Shown here in pieces: positions 61,448-64,000 of a stretch of DNA of 64,000 bases (positions within the stretch are counted from its first letter, which is position 1; every line of letters starts with the position of its first letter). A program made the translations under genes and the position numbers. Below the pieces are notes generated by a model, which was given only the letters and a program-made list of their open reading frames with translations, was not told the DNA's origin and did no database searches. The stretch is from a virus: IMG/VR virus record IMGVR_UViG_3300001279_000031, positions 1 to 64,000 of that record. One strand, 5' to 3'.

Positions 61448-61767
61448 GGTTTAACACTTTCAATCGATTCTATTGCTTTTTCTGTACAAAGAATTGTCTC
61501 TATTTCATCCGATATTTCTACAGATGGGACATAAACTGTAAATTTACAATTATCTTTTTTCGATGTCCCATCAACAGCCAACTGGTTAATGGTTGCAGCA
61601 CCAGCCCAGTACCATATTTTACGGGCATTGGTTAATCTTGCATTATGACCATCTTTTGCTTCCAATGTTCCATAATATACGCCAGATCTATCTCCACGTA
61701 CTATAACTTTCTTTTCTAAAAAATTTGATTTCATAATTTTAAAATTTATAATAAATATTCTTTCCAA
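61432..61767 (-). CDS. DUF6948-like phage protein (start probably MKSNFLEK at 61734)
   Basis: KVIVRGDRSGVYYGTL..LTNARKIWYWAGA..QLAVDG; usual partner of the Gly-rich gene. Confidence 0.7.
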   Translation of the reverse strand: MERIFIINFKIMKSNFLEKKVIVRGDRSGVYYGTLEAKDGHNARLTNARKIWYWAGAATINQLAVDGTSKKDNCKFTVYVPSVEISDEIETILCTEKAIESIESVKPWTAQ

Positions 61768-62081
61768 ATTTCAATAAAAGTTTGGCTTCCTAAATAGAGA
61801 GCTGTTTCTTTATTAAAAGAGCCAAGCCAAAATCTAATAGATGAGTTCATAAATATTAAGTCATAAGAAAAGCGAGCTTCAGTACAAGCATTAAGATCTT
61901 TTATATTATTCCACCAAGGAAAATATATTCTTTCTTCTCTTGTATGTCCAATATTCAATGCTTCGCTAATTGTACATAACTTATAATAGGCTTGCACATT
62001 TTTTGGCATATTATCCAAATAACGTGGTTCATCTTTACCTAAAAGAGTGAGAGCCTTTTCATAACTTTTTACTTTTCTCAT
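61746..62081 (-). CDS. Hypothetical protein
   Basis: 111 aa; VKSYEKAL..AYYKLCTISEALN..YFPWW pattern seen in Bacteroidota phages. Confidence 0.65.
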   Translation of the reverse strand: MRKVKSYEKALTLLGKDEPRYLDNMPKNVQAYYKLCTISEALNIGHTREERIYFPWWNNIKDLNACTEARFSYDLIFMNSSIRFWLGSFNKETALYLGSQTFIEIWKEYLL

Positions 62082-62250
62082 TTTTATTTGTAATATATGT
62101 AAATATCATACAAATACCTTTTATTATAACGATAATGGATATAATTGAATCTATTATAAACCATTTAACATTAAGTATAAATAAAACACCTAATACAAAC
62201 AACAGTACTCCTATACATAGTATTGTTATTCCATTATTAAATTTTTTCAT
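62059..62250 (-). CDS. Small membrane protein
   Basis: 63 aa, two hydrophobic segments. Confidence 0.5.
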   Translation of the reverse strand: MKKFNNGITILCIGVLLFVLGVLFILNVKWFIIDSIISIIVIIKGICMIFTYITNKNEKSKKL

Positions 62251-62282
62251 ATCAAAATTATTTATATTTAAAAAGCTATATA

Positions 62283-62483
62283 TTAGAAAGGTTGTTTTGT
62301 TATGAATGTACGTTTACAGTGATTACACCGGCAAAGGAAATACTCACATTCTTCATCACCTTCAATGCTATGAACAATACTAATATCATCACTTTTACAG
62401 TAAGGACAACTTGTTTTTTTACATACTATCAATATTAAAAAAACAATACACATTACGAAGATTAACAATAATAAATACAACAT
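62283..62483 (-). CDS. Membrane-anchored zinc-ribbon protein
   Basis: N-terminal TM, CPYC...CNHC. Confidence 0.6.
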   Translation of the reverse strand: MLYLLLLIFVMCIVFLILIVCKKTSCPYCKSDDISIVHSIEGDEECEYFLCRCNHCKRTFITKQPF

Positions 62484-62584
62484 AATTTTCTATCTTTTTT
62501 GTTGATTAATAATTCTATCTCAATTCAAGATTTGTTGTTTACAGTAATGCAGTAAGTATTGTTACATACTCACTGCATTATTTA

Positions 62585-63208
62585 CTATCGACGTTGATAA
62601 CCATTTTGCGGTTGTCTCTGTTGTTGTTGTTGAGGTTGTTGTTGAGGTGCTATATTCTTAGCAGTTTCTTCAGCAATCGTATCTTCTTCTTTAGCAACAG
62701 CTGTACTTGCAAACTCACAGGACGAATTGAACAATCCTTGTGCAAGTATCTCTTTACTATTGCCACGTTCATAGACATACTTGCAAGCATCACTATCGTA
62801 GTACTGCTTACAAAATACTTCCAATGCATTATACAATCTATGACCTCCATTAAGATCATCGATGTAATCACCTTTATGATGCATGTTACCAGCGCCATCA
62901 ACCAAGTCTGACATATAACGTCTATAGAACGGTTTGTCATAAGTCACGACCTCAAATGTTCCATGCATTATACTCATCTCTTCCGGTAGTGGTTTATCTT
63001 CTTCAGCATCGCCACCTTTTTCTTGTGAAATATACTTCTTGAATGCATTTACTATACCAGCACTAAAGAAGTTTTGTTTCCTCTCATTTTCACTCCAAAA
63101 GTTGTCAGCATTCTTCAGAGTGACTTGCAAATATTCATTACCAGCGTTTGCATGCGCTGTAGCCGGAATCGTATTGATCTCAGCATCTATTACTTTAAAC
63201 TTTGCCAT
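62585..63208 (-). CDS. Hypothetical early protein with Gln-rich C-terminal tail
   Basis: 207-aa ORF ending PQQQPQQQQQRQPQNGYQRR, stop TAG-TAA. Confidence 0.75.
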   Translation of the reverse strand: MAKFKVIDAEINTIPATAHANAGNEYLQVTLKNADNFWSENERKQNFFSAGIVNAFKKYISQEKGGDAEEDKPLPEEMSIMHGTFEVVTYDKPFYRRYMSDLVDGAGNMHHKGDYIDDLNGGHRLYNALEVFCKQYYDSDACKYVYERGNSKEILAQGLFNSSCEFASTAVAKEEDTIAEETAKNIAPQQQPQQQQQRQPQNGYQRR

Positions 63209-63245
63209 TTTTTGTATTATTTTTATTTAATATTATCCTTTTTTA

Positions 63246-63997
63246 ATAGTGGTTGTTCATTTTTTATTTTATCCAAATTCCATAGACTATATACAATATT
63301 CTATCATGTAAAGTCTATCTTGTTTGGATGATTTCTATTCGTTTTATGATAGTTGTTGTTCATTTTTTATGTTACCAAAATCTATCATCTCTCATGCGAT
63401 TTCTATCCATTTTCATGTATAAAGTAGTATATACTGTGAATACTACATACTAGGACATCGTACAATGCCCCTCACACGCATTCTCGTGCGTTCTAACGAA
63501 CTTTCTATGCGAAATGGTATAACTATACCAGACGACATGAGATCGTGCGTTAGAACGCTTTAAAATGCATTTATTTAATTAAATAATACAGTCCCCTAAT
63601 CCGGGAACTGCATTACCATACTTGCGGCGATCTTCTCGAAAAAATCGCAATCAAGATCTTCTAATTCTATGACATCGTACAAATCAATGCCACGACTATC
63701 AAGCTCTTCGGCGAACTTGATATACTCTACGACAACCTCCTCACGGAAGTCTCCATCGTATTCATCAATTTCATCATAATCATTATACCTTCCTAGAGCC
63801 CATTTAATTGGGTTCCAGCCTTCGTCTAATATATGGCATACACCATCCATTAGACGATTATCATGACGACTTCTTGTAGCCATCATGGTATAAGCCTCCT
63901 CGATAGAAGCTTTTAATACGTTGTTCATAATTTTATTTATTTAATTGATTAATATTATCATACTCAAATAGTTGTTGTTCATTTTATATTCTATCCA
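63246..63997 (-). promoter_or_regulatory. Three copies of an upstream motif (63246-63275, 63349-63377, 63968-63997); candidate phage promoters
   Basis: Minus-strand consensus TGG(A)TA-N-AAAATGAACAAC(A/C)ACTAT upstream of the genes starting at 63208 and 63928. Confidence 0.45.
63596..63928 (-). CDS. Acidic hypothetical early protein
   Basis: 110-aa Asp/Glu-rich ORF. Confidence 0.68.
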   Translation of the reverse strand: MNNVLKASIEEAYTMMATRSRHDNRLMDGVCHILDEGWNPIKWALGRYNDYDEIDEYDGDFREEVVVEYIKFAEELDSRGIDLYDVIELEDLDCDFFEKIAASMVMQFPD

Positions 63998-64000
63998 TTT

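Noticed and set aside
63246-64000. CRISPR array
   Set aside because: Only three degenerate copies with irregular spacing (about 100 and 620 nt), one interval containing a gene

Overview
This window is a 64 kb segment of an AT-rich crAss-like phage (Crassvirales, probable Bacteroidota host) with two converging halves. The + strand (1-33853) is the late/virion module. It looks shattered in the standard-code ORF track because TAG is used as a sense codon, most likely Gln (code 15). With TAG read through, it resolves into tightly packed genes: an LRR protein tail, a tail fibre with a DGR-like variable C-terminus, lysozyme, holin, a spanin candidate, ring, IHF-like, tail tubular and muzzle proteins, two cargo proteins, a ~4465-aa virion RNA polymerase polyprotein (HEAWH zincin, DFDVD catalytic motif) and a ~1690-aa zincin cargo protein. 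The - strand (34027-63928) is the early/replication module and mostly uses the standard code: nucleases, AAA ATPases, primase, SSB, DnaB, family B DNA polymerase, an ECF sigma factor and many small hypotheticals. Two TAG-recoded genes are hidden within it. The most unusual items are: (1) a ~1.8 kb ORF-poor, hairpin-rich region (46671-48507) that may be a large non-coding RNA; (2) a GC-rich, host-like, full-length leuS flanked by 53-bp direct repeats; (3) anticodon-less tRNA mimics and a family of related intergenic stems; (4) TAG codons placed where they could act as expression switches; (5) five periodic elements resembling gyrase sites. No canonical suppressor tRNA, DGR reverse transcriptase or template repeat was seen in this window. 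All product calls come from motif recognition and gene order, not database searches.
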